From positions 248,001-312,000 of the forward strand of contig OZ025800.1 of NCBI GenBank assembly GCA_964019425.1: a stretch of DNA of 64,000 bases, in the 5' to 3' direction. Each line of letters begins with the position of its first letter. Positions within the stretch are counted from its first letter, which is position 1. The notes beneath the pieces are model-generated. The model saw only the letters and a list, made by a program, of their open reading frames with translations. It made no database searches and was not told the origin of the DNA. Of the stretch, positions 36,311-48,411 are shown piece by piece. Both the position numbers and the translations under genes were made by a program. This stretch comes from Flectonema sp. DT1601 (taxonomy: Eukaryota).

Positions 36311-39167
36311 ATATGTTAGCAAAAATTGCTAGTTCGTAGCATAATCAATAAATGATCTGGGAGTGGGGGGAAGGTGAAAAAAATAAAAAAATCTTCTTTC
36401 TTTCATATACATCTTTCTTTATAATACGACCACATGTGCCATATGCCCACACTCCACGAAAGAAAATAGAAAACCCCGGAACAGTACCGAGGATCGTTCA
36501 CCCCCAGTTGTCCAAAGCATTATAATTGTACTGTGGGCTTACCGAAAAGCTTTAGAAATGTACCACAAAAGATTTGGGCTGCACATAGCCATATCACTCA
36601 GCAAGAAATGAAAACCAAAAGGATCAGGTAAGATGACAGTCAGTTTAAGGTCATAACTGCGCCGGACCCTTTTGTGGGATTTATTTTTCCGGGATGGGAA
36701 AAAAGAAAAACATCACAAAAAAAAAAATAATCTTTTTTTTTACAAAAGACTCATAAAAAAAAAAAAAATAAAATAAAAATAAAAAAAACGCGCCCCTTGT
36801 TTTCTTAAAGTTACTAACAAAAAAGCGCGTTACCGACAATTTTTACCAACATACCAGCCAACAAGTCCATAGGGAACTGTCTTTATCTCTTTTTTTTTTT
36901 TTTTTTTTTCGCCGAAGCGAAGATGCCGGGAAGAAACCACATGCTAGTACAGTTCTTTTACTTTTCTTTGTCTGCTGGAATTCTATCTGAGAAAACCGGT
37001 AGTCTTTAAAATTGTAAGCCAAGTACAAGTTGCCTTGTGGGTAGTTCGAAAAATCTTTTTTGTTAATTCGGAATTTACAAACCGTCTCTATTTCAAAAGA
37101 ACTTACTTCTTAAAGTCGCCAGGACGCCAGCATATATATTTGCCTTTGATCAGTTTTCAGTAGACAGCAGAAAAAGAAGTCCAATATTTCGTTGCGTATT
37201 GCGCATCGCTGATGAAGCAAATTAAGGAGCATCGAGCCCTTACAGCTACGAGACAGCAAGTAAGGAAAAAAAGGAAGAGAGAAAAAAAAAAAAAACTGAA
37301 AAAAAATAACAAGCCTCAGTGTTGACAACATCTTTTATTCAAAAAAAAAAAAAAAAAAAACATTTGACTTCGCAACACGGAAATAGCTGAGAACCTTCTT
37401 TTTTCTCATAACTTGGAAGATAGAATAAATTAAAAAATTGAAGCTTTGATCTGCCTATTCTGATTATATGTATAATAGTGTCATGCTAAAAGAAGACAGG
37501 CCTTGGCTTCAAAGAAGAGAGCAAAATGACTAATCATGCATAAATATAATAACTTCATGCAAAAATAGTTGGAAGTTAGAGAAAAAAAATAATCTAAAAA
37601 AAAAAAAAAAAAAAAATTAAAAAAAATCAACTGAGTCATTGATCTCGTTCGGTAATTCTCCTGCAGTCAGAAAACCCCTTACGAACACAAATAAAATGAC
37701 TTTTTCGCAGTCGCTGACCAATTTAACAAAAGAAGTTGGTCTGGTTTAGTTTCAGCGACGAAACGAAGACAAAACGAAAGGGAGAAAAACACACGGGGAA
37801 AAAAAAATTGTAAATTTTTAATCCATCAGGTCAACAATAGTTACTTCCATACAAAAGTGGATGCAACAAAAGACAACAAAAAAAAAAAAAAAAAAAAGAG
37901 AGCTTTGATTTAATCAGTGATTTACTACAATGGACGTACCAAACCAAAGTTGACATTGTTTGTTTCTCTCTTATAAAATAATTATTGAGGACTAAAGAAA
38001 CAAAGAAAAATAAAATCTATTATTAGCTGATTGCAAAACGAATTTTCTAACAAGTTAACTTGCTTGCTTAAGGCACACAGATAACAAAGTGTTAGTTAGA
38101 AAATCCAAACAGTTACAAGTGGGCGATGACAAAAAGTCAAACGCCACACTGAAAGATCAGAATAATTCTAAGTCACTTAATCTGTTGACTTAGGCTAGCA
38201 CATATAAACTCGTTGAAAGAAAACAAATCAAGATCATGTTTTGCGCAGAGAGTAAACCTTCACCACTGAGGAATACTTCCTAAGGCAGAGTAACCTAAAA
38301 TCCCGAGCGATGCGTGAGGGGTTTTAGTTTAGACCCCAAAGTTAAGAAGTTGTTCCAACAAAAAGCCTGTCCTCACAAGCAAATGGAAAAAGGGGGAAAA
38401 AAAAAATAATCGAAAGCCATGCAAGATGGGGAAAAAAAAGTTTTTTTTGCTTCATTTATGAAATCGGAAAGGAAGTCGGAGAGGAACAGAGAGAGAGGTA
38501 AGGATTAAAAAACAGAGAGGTTCAGAAAACAACTCGCTATTTTTTGCATGCGGAATTAGATCTACCGATGCTAAGTGTTGTATTCTTTTTTTTGGATCAT
38601 TTCTTCGTTGAAACAAAATGATGAGATGGCAAAAAGAGAAGATGGAAAAACCGTGTTGGGGGGGATGTGTCAACCACAACCAGCACTAACACAAAACTGA
38701 TCCATGTGCATTGCAATGACTAATTTGCGAACAAATAGGTATCGTGTAAGTATAAAATAAACGATATTCTATCATCCCTTTTTCAACATAATATTATAAT
38801 GAGAAGGGTACACTGATACCGTATTATCAAGGCTCAAAGGAACGAACGACAATCCCTCGGACAATCTTGACTGTCAGCAGCAAATAAATAAATAATTCAA
38901 CTGATGGTCACGTATTTTTGTTTAATCTCGAAGACACGTCTCACGAGAGAAATAGGCTTGTTTCTAGCTTGTGCACGAACAAAAAATAAAGTGTTGTGAG
39001 GTTATTAGTGAGCTGCCGATTCTTTTTTTTTGTTGGGAACTATCCTCATACAAAAAAAAGTGCGTTGTGGCTTACTGCCCCCAGAGATCACTACGATACC
39101 TCACCTCGACAGTTATTCTTCTCATGGTGCTTGTCGTTAAAAACCGGCGGTTTCGGAATCAAAAGTT

Positions 39168-40667
39168 TTATTTGGGAGGAACGTAAAACTTTCTTTTAAT
39201 ACTGATGACTAGCTTTTCCAATAGGGAATCCCATCGCTCTCCAATTTTGCGATACTTCGCAAGTGATTTTTCGCTTCCTTTCACATAAGAAATGTTACGG
39301 TGAGACCAAGACTGGAGTTTACTGTCGGGTGAGTCTCTTCCACAAAACAGTTCACTCTTTTTAGCAAGTATAGGACCAGTACAGTTTCCAAGATACCAAT
39401 CAGAAGCATTCATACAAGTTGGTTGGTTTGGAGTGAGTCCGGGTACGACTTCAGAAAAGAAATTTTGAATATTTGACATGTTCATTTTACGGAGATCTTG
39501 GTTTCTTAGAAAGAAGAATGACTGTGCTGGGAACTTACTCAGATAGTACCTTAGACCTAGAGCCGTAAACCCCCACGGAAGATACAGAGATTCCCGTTTT
39601 GGATGTCTCGGATGATAAATACATTTTGTCAATGCTTCCGCCACAAGTTTCAAATCATTCAGTACTTGTCTTGGTTGGTAAAGCATTTTATAACAGATAG
39701 GTACGCTTTCAAGGTATTTCATTTGTTCATTTAATTTATCACTGTAAACCATAATAGTTTCTGGTTCCCACCCGAAGTGTTTTCTTAAGTCAACTGAAAA
39801 TAATCTAAAATGAGAAAATCCTCTGTCTACGACATCTCTTGAGAGGACAACAAATTTAGGATCGAAGGGGGCTCTTCTCATGTCGAGTTTAAGAGCCTGT
39901 GCTACTTCAGGAATCATAATATGATCTGGTGTTGAATCCGTTAGTATATAATTCTTACTAGCAACTTCTACTGGAGGGAATCTCTGTAATGTTAAGTGAG
40001 TAAACTGTGAACCTCCATCTCTACCATAGTAAGGATAGATCCATAACTCTTTTGATACATCCCATCTACGATAACCAGTTCTATTCCATCTCTTGTACCA
40101 TGCTTGTTCAGCAGTATCTTCATATAATGGTTCACCTCCCTCACCCCTGTTGATAGGCCATCTGTATGACGCTGGTGGGTAGAGCATTCTTGTTTTATTT
40201 CCCCACATTGACCAGGCTAGACATCCGTGTAGGAATGTTGTTCCGGATTTTGGAGGTCCCAAAATAAATAATTCTGGTCTTTGTCTTGCTTTCCAATGAT
40301 CAGGATAGCCATATCTTCTAGCTAGTCGTAATGCTCGTAGTTTTGTTGGAGCTGGTGGGACTGGGTGTTTCTTTGAGATGTTAATCATGAGCTCATCACT
40401 CTCGAAATCTGGGAATCGTTCGAGGGAATTCATTTCCTGCTTTGTGTACGGAGTGTCATCTAACTTTTCCCACAGATCATCGAGTCGTGTTGGATACTTT
40501 GCAAGCCATCCCCAAAATAATTCATCCAAGAGCGCATTTGGAAGCGGATCCCTCTCTGATAACCACATCACACTTGGACCACTTCCCATCCTTCTAATCT
40601 CAACAACGAGAAATAATATACAAACCATGAAACACCATCCGATGATACCAAAATGAATGATGTTCAT
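39168..40667 (-). CDS. Type II membrane (Golgi-type) sulfotransferase
   Basis: N-terminal TM; 5'-PSB loop FILGPPKSGTTFL; KELW; DSTPDH; 3'-PB motif VVLSRDVVDRGFSHF. Confidence 0.85.
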   Translation of the reverse strand: MNIIHFGIIGWCFMVCILFLVVEIRRMGSGPSVMWLSERDPLPNALLDELFWGWLAKYPTRLDDLWEKLDDTPYTKQEMNSLERFPDFESDELMINISKKHPVPPAPTKLRALRLARRYGYPDHWKARQRPELFILGPPKSGTTFLHGCLAWSMWGNKTRMLYPPASYRWPINRGEGGEPLYEDTAEQAWYKRWNRTGYRRWDVSKELWIYPYYGRDGGSQFTHLTLQRFPPVEVASKNYILTDSTPDHIMIPEVAQALKLDMRRAPFDPKFVVLSRDVVDRGFSHFRLFSVDLRKHFGWEPETIMVYSDKLNEQMKYLESVPICYKMLYQPRQVLNDLKLVAEALTKCIYHPRHPKRESLYLPWGFTALGLRYYLSKFPAQSFFFLRNQDLRKMNMSNIQNFFSEVVPGLTPNQPTCMNASDWYLGNCTGPILAKKSELFCGRDSPDSKLQSWSHRNISYVKGSEKSLAKYRKIGERWDSLLEKLVISIKRKFYVPPK

Positions 40668-40992
40668 ATTTTTGTTTTTAAATTAAAAACTAATTAAAGA
40701 AGTACTCGTATTACACCGTAGACATCAGTATAACAATATTTTTATGAACAGCACCACAACACGGACCTAATTAAAAAAAAAACAGAGTCACATTACTGTT
40801 TTAAAAGATAGTATTATGAAAAGAGAGGAATACGTCAAAATGTTACTACTTCCGTGTAAGTAATTTTTAAATTTGAAAACGGTGAGAGGATCCTGAAAAG
40901 AGATCAAAACACTATTCCCAAATCTTGAAAGACGGATCCAAATACAAACAGAATGTGTAAAGGTGTAATGCCAGAAGAATGACTTTAGAAGC

Positions 40993-41244
40993 TCATGGTT
41001 TATGTATTGCGGGCGTGAGCACTGATACCTGTTTGTTCATGAATACAACGCGAAAGTTATTGACATTTTTAAAAAAAAAAATCAATTGACATACCAATTG
41101 CCTTCCCTTTTGCACAATTCCATAATCTATGTCACTAAGTGACGGTTCTTCTGCTTTGAGAGTGCTGTATCCGATAAATGTTGACGGGGCATCGAACTTG
41201 TCAAGTGTTGCTATTTCTGCCGGTAAACTCTTTTTAATAATCAT
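40993..41244 (-). CDS. Possible small protein (~61 aa after removing in-frame intron 41094-41029) or 3' exons of an unresolved gene
   Basis: Short ORF containing a 66-nt GTATGT...AAACAG segment like the other introns. Confidence 0.3.
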   Translation of the reverse strand: MIIKKSLPAEIATLDKFDAPSTFIGYSTLKAEEPSLSDIDYGIVQKGRQLVCQLIFFFKNVNNFRVVFMNKQVSVLTPAIHKP

Positions 41245-41592
41245 CTTGTGGGTTAGCTGACATAATTATTAGTTTTGGGAAATACACAAAAAAGTAACAG
41301 ATATACTTATTGCTTTGAAAGACACAAAGTCTGCTAAAACTCTCATCATCAGTATGGTGTAGAAGTCAGTCAGTCAATTGTTAAGACTGAACCAACCCTG
41401 CTGAAAAAAAGGGGGGTAAATACGAATAAAAAATAATAAACAATCCTATCCCACTACACACTATTACTCTATTAGTGGTAATAATCTGAATTAACAATAA
41501 CACAGGAGGGTATATCATCCGCTGTGAATAACGAAAAATAAAAACAAAAAGAGGGAATGGGGAGAAATACAGGATCTATGTTGTTACAATAT

Positions 41593-43215
41593 TTAGAATT
41601 CTTCCCTCTCAGCATTAGGGTCCATTTGGAATGACACGGTGTTACCTTGGGCATCTGCCCAGACGACATTTCGTTGAAATGGAGAATTGATTCTTGATTC
41701 TTGACGTCCCCTTGGAGACGGAGCATAATCACGCTGTCGAACTGGACTAGTGCTTTGCGAATGAAGATCGTGTTCTGATTCTATTTTACCAAAAGGAATA
41801 CGAGAAACTGGCGTTGTTGATTGAAGTCTACTATTTAGTTGTGCAGTTAGAGGTGCTACCTGACTAATTAAGTTGTGCATCGAACTATTATCAGAAGCGA
41901 CTGATGTCCTACGAAGCTGCTGTCTCATTGACGTATTTTCCTGTTGTTGTGATAATAGTTGTTGCTCAACGGCCATTAACCGTTCTCCGATATGATTATT
42001 TGCAACTCTGAGCTGCTGTGCTTCAGCGATTGCTGATCGTCTGCTATCGACTGACATTAGGATTTCTTCGCGACTTGCTTCAGGTCTTTGTGATAGCTGA
42101 CTTTCTGCCAATTCCACTCGAGCTCTCAGTCCTTTAATTATCCGAGTAGTGTCATCATGTGTTACGTGTTCTTCTTCGTTAATGTGTTCATGAGGTTCTG
42201 TATGTTTTTCTTTTAAAACTCGGATCTCATCTTCCAAAGCTGCTATGTATTCATTGGCTTCTAACTCTTGTGATGATAATTGCTGATTTACCATTTTCAA
42301 TTCATCTACCTCGTGAGCTTTATTAGAATATTCTGATGCCAGTATTTTATGTTGCTCAGTTAGTGTTGATAATCGTTGTAAAGCATCAGTGTTACTCGCA
42401 TTTAAACGTGTCATCTCATGTTGTAGTTGAAGAATGAGTTTTTCATTTGGATCATCTCTGTGGCTTTCGTTTATTGTAAGAGGTTCTTCTTTCCTTTCAT
42501 GTGTTATATTAGGTCTTGGGACACTTATACGTCGAGGTCTACCACCAGTGGGTGTTGGTGATCTACTGCGAGGTGTTACTTTGTGAATATGAGCTGGAGT
42601 TGACTTCGCGCCTCCAGAATGATGAACCTGTACTTGATCTTGTAAGTTTCCAAGTTCTTCTCTCAGAAGCATCTTTTCACCAGGGATTAGACCTCGAGTT
42701 GATAATGCGGCATCAACACAAGTGAGAAGTTTTCTCAAAGTTGCGAGGTCGTGATATGGTTTTGGTAGTATTTGTGAAGCAGCATTTGGATCACTTCTCA
42801 CAATATTAACTCTCTGTTTCTCAACACTAATTAACTCTAAGAGAACTTTATACTCTCTAACGAATGTAATGAATGCATCTGAGTGACGATGACCTACAGC
42901 GTCAGCTATTTGAATATTTGTCAGCTTCGACTCACTCACAAAAGCAGAACACCCAGCACACAGTGTCAACATATTGAGAGCTCGAGGTTCTTGAAGATGT
43001 TTTGATTGACCTGTCCAACCGTAATCCTCACATCCTGCTTTACATAACCAACACATCTTTGTTAGCTGCTTCCCTGTTGGATGCTCCACCTCATCCCAGT
43101 CGTTCAGCTTTTTCCTTACACCAGCTGATATAGATCTCTGTGGAACAGTACTCACCCTTGGGATCTTATGCATTGGTCTGACCTTTGGCTTCGAAGGTCG
43201 GGGTGCGAAGGACAT
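41593..43215 (-). CDS. Hypothetical coiled-coil protein with N-terminal Cys cluster
   Basis: 540-aa ORF; CWLCKAGC...LCAGC; long heptad region. Confidence 0.78.
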   Translation of the reverse strand: MSFAPRPSKPKVRPMHKIPRVSTVPQRSISAGVRKKLNDWDEVEHPTGKQLTKMCWLCKAGCEDYGWTGQSKHLQEPRALNMLTLCAGCSAFVSESKLTNIQIADAVGHRHSDAFITFVREYKVLLELISVEKQRVNIVRSDPNAASQILPKPYHDLATLRKLLTCVDAALSTRGLIPGEKMLLREELGNLQDQVQVHHSGGAKSTPAHIHKVTPRSRSPTPTGGRPRRISVPRPNITHERKEEPLTINESHRDDPNEKLILQLQHEMTRLNASNTDALQRLSTLTEQHKILASEYSNKAHEVDELKMVNQQLSSQELEANEYIAALEDEIRVLKEKHTEPHEHINEEEHVTHDDTTRIIKGLRARVELAESQLSQRPEASREEILMSVDSRRSAIAEAQQLRVANNHIGERLMAVEQQLLSQQQENTSMRQQLRRTSVASDNSSMHNLISQVAPLTAQLNSRLQSTTPVSRIPFGKIESEHDLHSQSTSPVRQRDYAPSPRGRQESRINSPFQRNVVWADAQGNTVSFQMDPNAEREEF

Positions 43216-43483
43216 TTTTTTGCTTTTGAATCCCCCGCTATTTAAAACATAACAATGAGTTTAGTGTAAACCTTTACGATAATGTGTTTCCAGTGTAAGT
43301 AAGGATAAATAAAGGGTAAATGTGTGAAAGGGTTCCAATCAGGAGATTGATGCGTAATAAGGGGCATTAGAGAGGTAGTTAAAATAAAAAGTAAAAACTT
43401 TTTTTTTTTTTTTTTTTTGGAGAACAATAAAAAACACAATGGCGGGATAATATACAGACATAATATGTCTTTAGCTACGTCAC

Positions 43484-44848
43484 TCAAAACGTCTTCTTTG
43501 CATTATAAGGGATATTTGGGCATGATGGATTACAACAATTCTTAAACGGCTTCGTGTAATTTGGAGCCCACAGACAGGGCTCGTGTAGGGTTCCAGGATC
43601 TGTTTTAGTGCCATGCCACCACTTTGAGACTGCTTGTTGCATGGTAACACCATCAATTGCGATTTGTCTCCAGTAGTCAGTACTGGCGTCTTCTACTCCG
43701 ATGTGGCAGCTGTGAAGAAAACCTCCATTGCCAGGCTTAGAGAATGCACCACTTCCTTTAAACTCCACATTCGTGTTGTTGATATATGGATTTACAAAAG
43801 CATCCAAATATTGTGGTGTACACGTCCATCCATACTCAACACAGGTATGGAGAACACCATCACGAGGATCACAAGATACGTGCCAACCATGCCAATTAAC
43901 ATCGTAATCAAATACAGCATTTACTAAACAAAAACTACCAAAGGCACCCCATGCTTGTTCAACAGCGAATATTCTACTCTTTATTCTAGTAAGGCCTTGA
44001 GTAGGTAAGGCGCATTCCCATTTCTTTGACGGATCATTAACTTCTTTAAGACAATCTTGATTAACACTACCTGAACAATTAGCGTAATCAAAAATACCAA
44101 TATCTGGTCTTGGAGATGGTTGAGGAGCAGAGCTAGTGTCTCCTCCAATCCATTGAGCGAAGGTGTCACCTGAGTGATAACCTGACCAACGTGGCCAGTA
44201 ACCGTCAACAACCAGAACACTGTAGTCGGTAACTCCTGAAAGGGTATTTAGTTTCTCTCCCAATCGGTCAGCTTGTTGATACAGTAAAAACGCGCCCCCT
44301 CCAAACCCAGACATTAGAACTTTAGTTTTTGAGCTAAACTTGTAGTCTTTAGCAATTTGTTCTATTGAAGAAGATAAGATTCTCTGTCCTCTAAACTTAA
44401 TTGTACGACCTTCGAGGTGAACGTCAGTGTTTCCCATAAAATTAGCTCCGTCACAACTCTGGATAAGGATTTTATTAAATTTACAAAAATCCGGATTACT
44501 CGTACAGTTTGCTGAGAAGATACCACTCCCATCACCTGGAATCTGAGCTACGGTTGGGATACTTGGAACAGTTGCGTTGTCTGCAGATGATGCCCAGTAG
44601 CAGTTGCCAAAATTCTTTGTTTTGTTTACTTTTCCAGGTGGTAGACACCAAAGCTCTCCTTCTTGGTTATTACTAACAATAATCATAAAGTCATTAACGT
44701 GCTGTGGATCATTTGAATTGTAATAATAATAACCAGCCTGTTGTCCTTGATCACAAACTGCTTCTTTATCATCCAACAACTTTAAAGTCATGTTAGTCGG
44801 AATGGATGATGCGACTCCTAACAGAGAAGCTAACAGAAATAATTTCAT
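43484..44848 (-). CDS. Secreted pectin acetylesterase/Notum-family protein, apparently lacking catalytic residues
   Basis: Signal peptide; AVCDQGQQAGYYY, GIFSANCTSNPDF, CDGANFMG, FRGQRIL, GGFLHSC, TMQQAVSKWW, CNPSC follow the PAE family motif order. Confidence 0.85.
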   Translation of the reverse strand: MKLFLLASLLGVASSIPTNMTLKLLDDKEAVCDQGQQAGYYYYNSNDPQHVNDFMIIVSNNQEGELWCLPPGKVNKTKNFGNCYWASSADNATVPSIPTVAQIPGDGSGIFSANCTSNPDFCKFNKILIQSCDGANFMGNTDVHLEGRTIKFRGQRILSSSIEQIAKDYKFSSKTKVLMSGFGGGAFLLYQQADRLGEKLNTLSGVTDYSVLVVDGYWPRWSGYHSGDTFAQWIGGDTSSAPQPSPRPDIGIFDYANCSGSVNQDCLKEVNDPSKKWECALPTQGLTRIKSRIFAVEQAWGAFGSFCLVNAVFDYDVNWHGWHVSCDPRDGVLHTCVEYGWTCTPQYLDAFVNPYINNTNVEFKGSGAFSKPGNGGFLHSCHIGVEDASTDYWRQIAIDGVTMQQAVSKWWHGTKTDPGTLHEPCLWAPNYTKPFKNCCNPSCPNIPYNAKKTF

Positions 44849-45201
44849 TTTGGGATTGTTTTGTTATTTATTAGTGTACCTTACTGTTTTTAGATAAAGG
44901 TGAAAACATAAAACACTCATGACAGAATGATTATGGTGATGCTTAACTTAGCTTTTTTGAGTAACTATTTAGGTTTCGAGAGTAATCCATATACTTCTTG
45001 CCTTTATTCACTCATCGTTACTATGGTGTTTACCTGTTGTGTTGGGGGAGGAATATCTGCTTCACGAAACTGACCATCAGATAATAACTACAGACAGCTG
45101 CAACAGGACATTAGGGATAGTTGTTAGCGTCCTATCGAAAGCGTTCACAGCGTCAGATGAGAAGGGTTAGAAAGGAATTTTGAAAAACAGAGAATATCAC
45201 C

Positions 45202-46218
45202 TCAAGAGACGGCAATATATTCCTTATTCTGGTTTATTACATAAACAGTTGAGGGCAACACCACTCCATCACTTGATATTCTAATCATCGATTTATTGTG
45301 AGACAATGTTATCCCGTTAACGGTACAGACAGCTGCCTTATGACTAATTAAGTAAGCAAAGAATCCCTGATATCCCTCAACAATTATATTGTATCCAGCT
45401 GATGTCATTCGAGTGTAAAACTGTCCGATGAAAGTGTGCAGTAATACTGCTGATGATAGTGATTCAGATTTTGTGAAATCAACTTCAGTGATATCAGCAC
45501 AGCGACAGACGTGAAATGAAATCATAAATGGAGTACTTTTCGATATAACACCATCGACTGTATCAATAAATCGATCACTAAACTCGTCAACATTCATCCC
45601 GTTGTGACAACCTCCGATTTTTGAATTACTCTCATGGGCTGATACTATGAATTTGATCATCAGCTGTCTCTCTGCCTGGACAATTCGTTCATAATTTTCA
45701 AATGTATTCTTTTTGAATACGTTGCTTAGAAGTGACGAGTCAATATGACGACCAAGGATCAAAGGAACTTGGCAAATTCCCTTCTCTTTTTGTTTTGATA
45801 AAAATGACAGTGAAGCAGTGGCTAGTAGTCCAAGTTTATGACATTTCGCTACAGAATCAATACCCCCTGATATCCTATCTAAGGAGAGCGGCATTATCAC
45901 AAATGTTGCTGCCCTTCGTATTGATTTAACTGCACAGTAATTTCTCAAAAATAGACAATACTCGTTCAAGAATAAACTTGATAACTGTCGCAAGATCATC
46001 TCCGTGTAAACACTATCGAAAGGAACTCCTGTCATGAACGCCGATTCCAAATATAAGTGTTCTTCTCCTTTTCGTATTATTACACCGTCTTGGTTGTTAC
46101 CATTCGCTCTCTTCAAAGCAGCAGATAACCATTTCGGAAGGTCGTCAGTTGACTTCTTTTTGTGTTCTTTAAGTTTGCTGCCTTTGCAATTATTAAACGT
46201 TTTCTCTACGACGTCCAT
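45202..46218 (-). CDS. Hypothetical protein
   Basis: 338-aa ORF on the cluster strand with an upstream U-rich AG; no family recognised. Confidence 0.7.
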   Translation of the reverse strand: MDVVEKTFNNCKGSKLKEHKKKSTDDLPKWLSAALKRANGNNQDGVIIRKGEEHLYLESAFMTGVPFDSVYTEMILRQLSSLFLNEYCLFLRNYCAVKSIRRAATFVIMPLSLDRISGGIDSVAKCHKLGLLATASLSFLSKQKEKGICQVPLILGRHIDSSLLSNVFKKNTFENYERIVQAERQLMIKFIVSAHESNSKIGGCHNGMNVDEFSDRFIDTVDGVISKSTPFMISFHVCRCADITEVDFTKSESLSSAVLLHTFIGQFYTRMTSAGYNIIVEGYQGFFAYLISHKAAVCTVNGITLSHNKSMIRISSDGVVLPSTVYVINQNKEYIAVS

Positions 46219-46930
46219 TTGTGTTGAAATAATACAACTATAGAAATATATGAAGTTTTGTTAGAATATGAAATAGTTTCAGATTAGGGTCTTCTTTCTG
46301 TCATCATTTTCGATATTTTAATCTTTTTTGTAACAGGAAATAGAATAATACTCGTGTTTCAACTTGTTTAGTTTATAAGTACCTTTTTTTTTTTTTTTTT
46401 TTTTTTTGCGTACCATTATTGTAAAATAAGGATCTCAAAAAAAAAATAGGCCGAAGGCTTGCAGTGTAATCCTGAAAGAGCTTCTTAACAGTTGCTCGGT
46501 GCTCTTGTTTTGGAATAAGAGCCGAAATATCATTTTAGGGAGGGAGTTTCATCATACACGTACCGCCTTGATTAAGCTGCTGCGTAGATGCCTTTCCACA
46601 GCAGGTTTTTTTAAAATAAAGAGAAATTGAGTGATTAAATGCTATCATAAAAACCGACAGCTTATACAAACATACCGTGAGAGCAATTCTATTTTAGTTT
46701 GCTGAAAAGAAAACCAGAACTTGCATATCACTGCGTAAGAAGAGAGGAATGGAAAGCTGGATACAATGAGAAGTGAAGGACGGCAAGCAGTGAAATAGAC
46801 CACCCGACTAGTGCAGTCGAATAATAATATTAAAAAAAGGAAAACCGGACGATATGCGAAATCAGTAATTTTCATTTTTACTTCAACTTGCAAACATTTT
46901 GATATCAACAATAGCATTCCACGTGTTGCT

Positions 46931-48411
46931 TCAGATCCTACCATTTGGTCTCGGCATTCTACTTGATATGCTTCCTCCTCCGGGAGGTCGAGGGATGGTT
47001 GTTTTCCCAGACCGGAATTCTTCTGCACGGGCTTGTCTTTGCATCTGTTTTTTTTTTGTGCTGATGGGCATGACTTATTGGCGGGTGGATAATCGATTTA
47101 CATAACAAGTAAAATACAAACCTGACGAGGTGTTTTAATGCTTCCCGTTGACCTACCCGATGCGAGGGTGCATTGACTACTTGATTGATCAATTTCGAGA
47201 CATCGTTTATCGATATTAAGAGATGAGTTTTTATCTTTAATGTCCTGACCAATAGTTCTCTGAGCTTGAATAAGTCTGTCGTGTTCAGCATCGATGCATT
47301 GTAGTTTGTGATTTAATTTCTGAATAGCGTCAGTTAGACGACCAAGCTCATCCTCAAGTGCTTCTTCAACGCTGTCGCGTACTGTTTCACGAGCTGGTCG
47401 GGTTCGTCGTATTGCCAAGCGATCCTTTACAATCCGAAGGGGGATCTCTTTCGCTTGTAATGTTCGTGTTATGGTTGCTCTTTGATCTTTTAAATTTTCT
47501 AATTCAGTATTAACGTCTAATAGATTTTGACTCAATTTCGACTGCAGCAATGCCGTCAACTTTACCTTACTTCCTAACGCATCTTGAACTTGACTGTGAG
47601 TCACGTATTTAATTTCTTCTATTTGATGCATTGTGTTGACAATTTTCTTCCTCAAATCACAACTTTCATGTTCCAGTCGACAAGCATCATTAACTGCACG
47701 CTCAGTATTCTGTCTCCAGAGGTTAGGAAGAGTTGTACTTTTCTGTGGTGCAGCTCCCTTGTCTAAACGACCTTTACCTGCAGCGACTGTAAACAGATTT
47801 GTTTCATTCGGGTTCGGGGTTGTTGGAGGTCTAGAAGGTAAGTCTAAACATTCCATATCAAGTTTTAAACTATGAGTTTTATCGTGATGATCTAATTTCA
47901 TATTTTGTCGGCATGAAATCATAATTTGAATATGCTCAGTTGCTGTCTTTACTAAGTCGTCTAGTGTCGCGTGGGCTTTCTTCAACTCATCGAGTTCGTG
48001 AGCGAGGGCGCGGTCTACTTTGTCGAAAAGCTTTTCGCGTTGGGGACGTTTCTCTCGCATGTGTACGCGATTTTCAGTTTTTTTCATCGGCTTTATCAGT
48101 GAATTCGCCATGTGTTCTCCCTTATCCCTGATGCTTGTTATTTTATCTATTTCTGCTTGCAAGCTTGCCATCCTTTTTTCCAACTTGTTTTTTAAGCATG
48201 TCGTGTCTGCTACTTTCCTTCGAAGCGCCTCATCTACAGTTGCTTGTTTTTCTTTTGTTTGCTTTTCAACAGCTTTGCGAGTTGCTACGGCGCTGCCGCG
48301 TAGGTTTTTTGATGTGTTTCTGCTAGCCTTAGCCTCATTTAAGATCGCGTTTGTTTGGTTTGTCCAATCGCGTGATTGGGTCCGCTCGAGCAATGGGCGC
48401 TCGGTGACCAT
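46931..48411 (-). CDS. Tektin-family coiled-coil protein; exons 48411-47122 and 47044-46931
   Basis: Two tektin-like half repeats: REKRPQREKLFDKVDRALAHE...DKTHSLKLDMECL and RRTRPARETVRDSVEEALEDE...DKNSSLNIDKRCL. Confidence 0.8.
47045..47121 (-). other. Spliceosomal intron (77 nt)
   Basis: GTTTGT...A-run ACAG; gives the tail MQRQARAEEFRSGK...GRI*. Confidence 0.7.
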
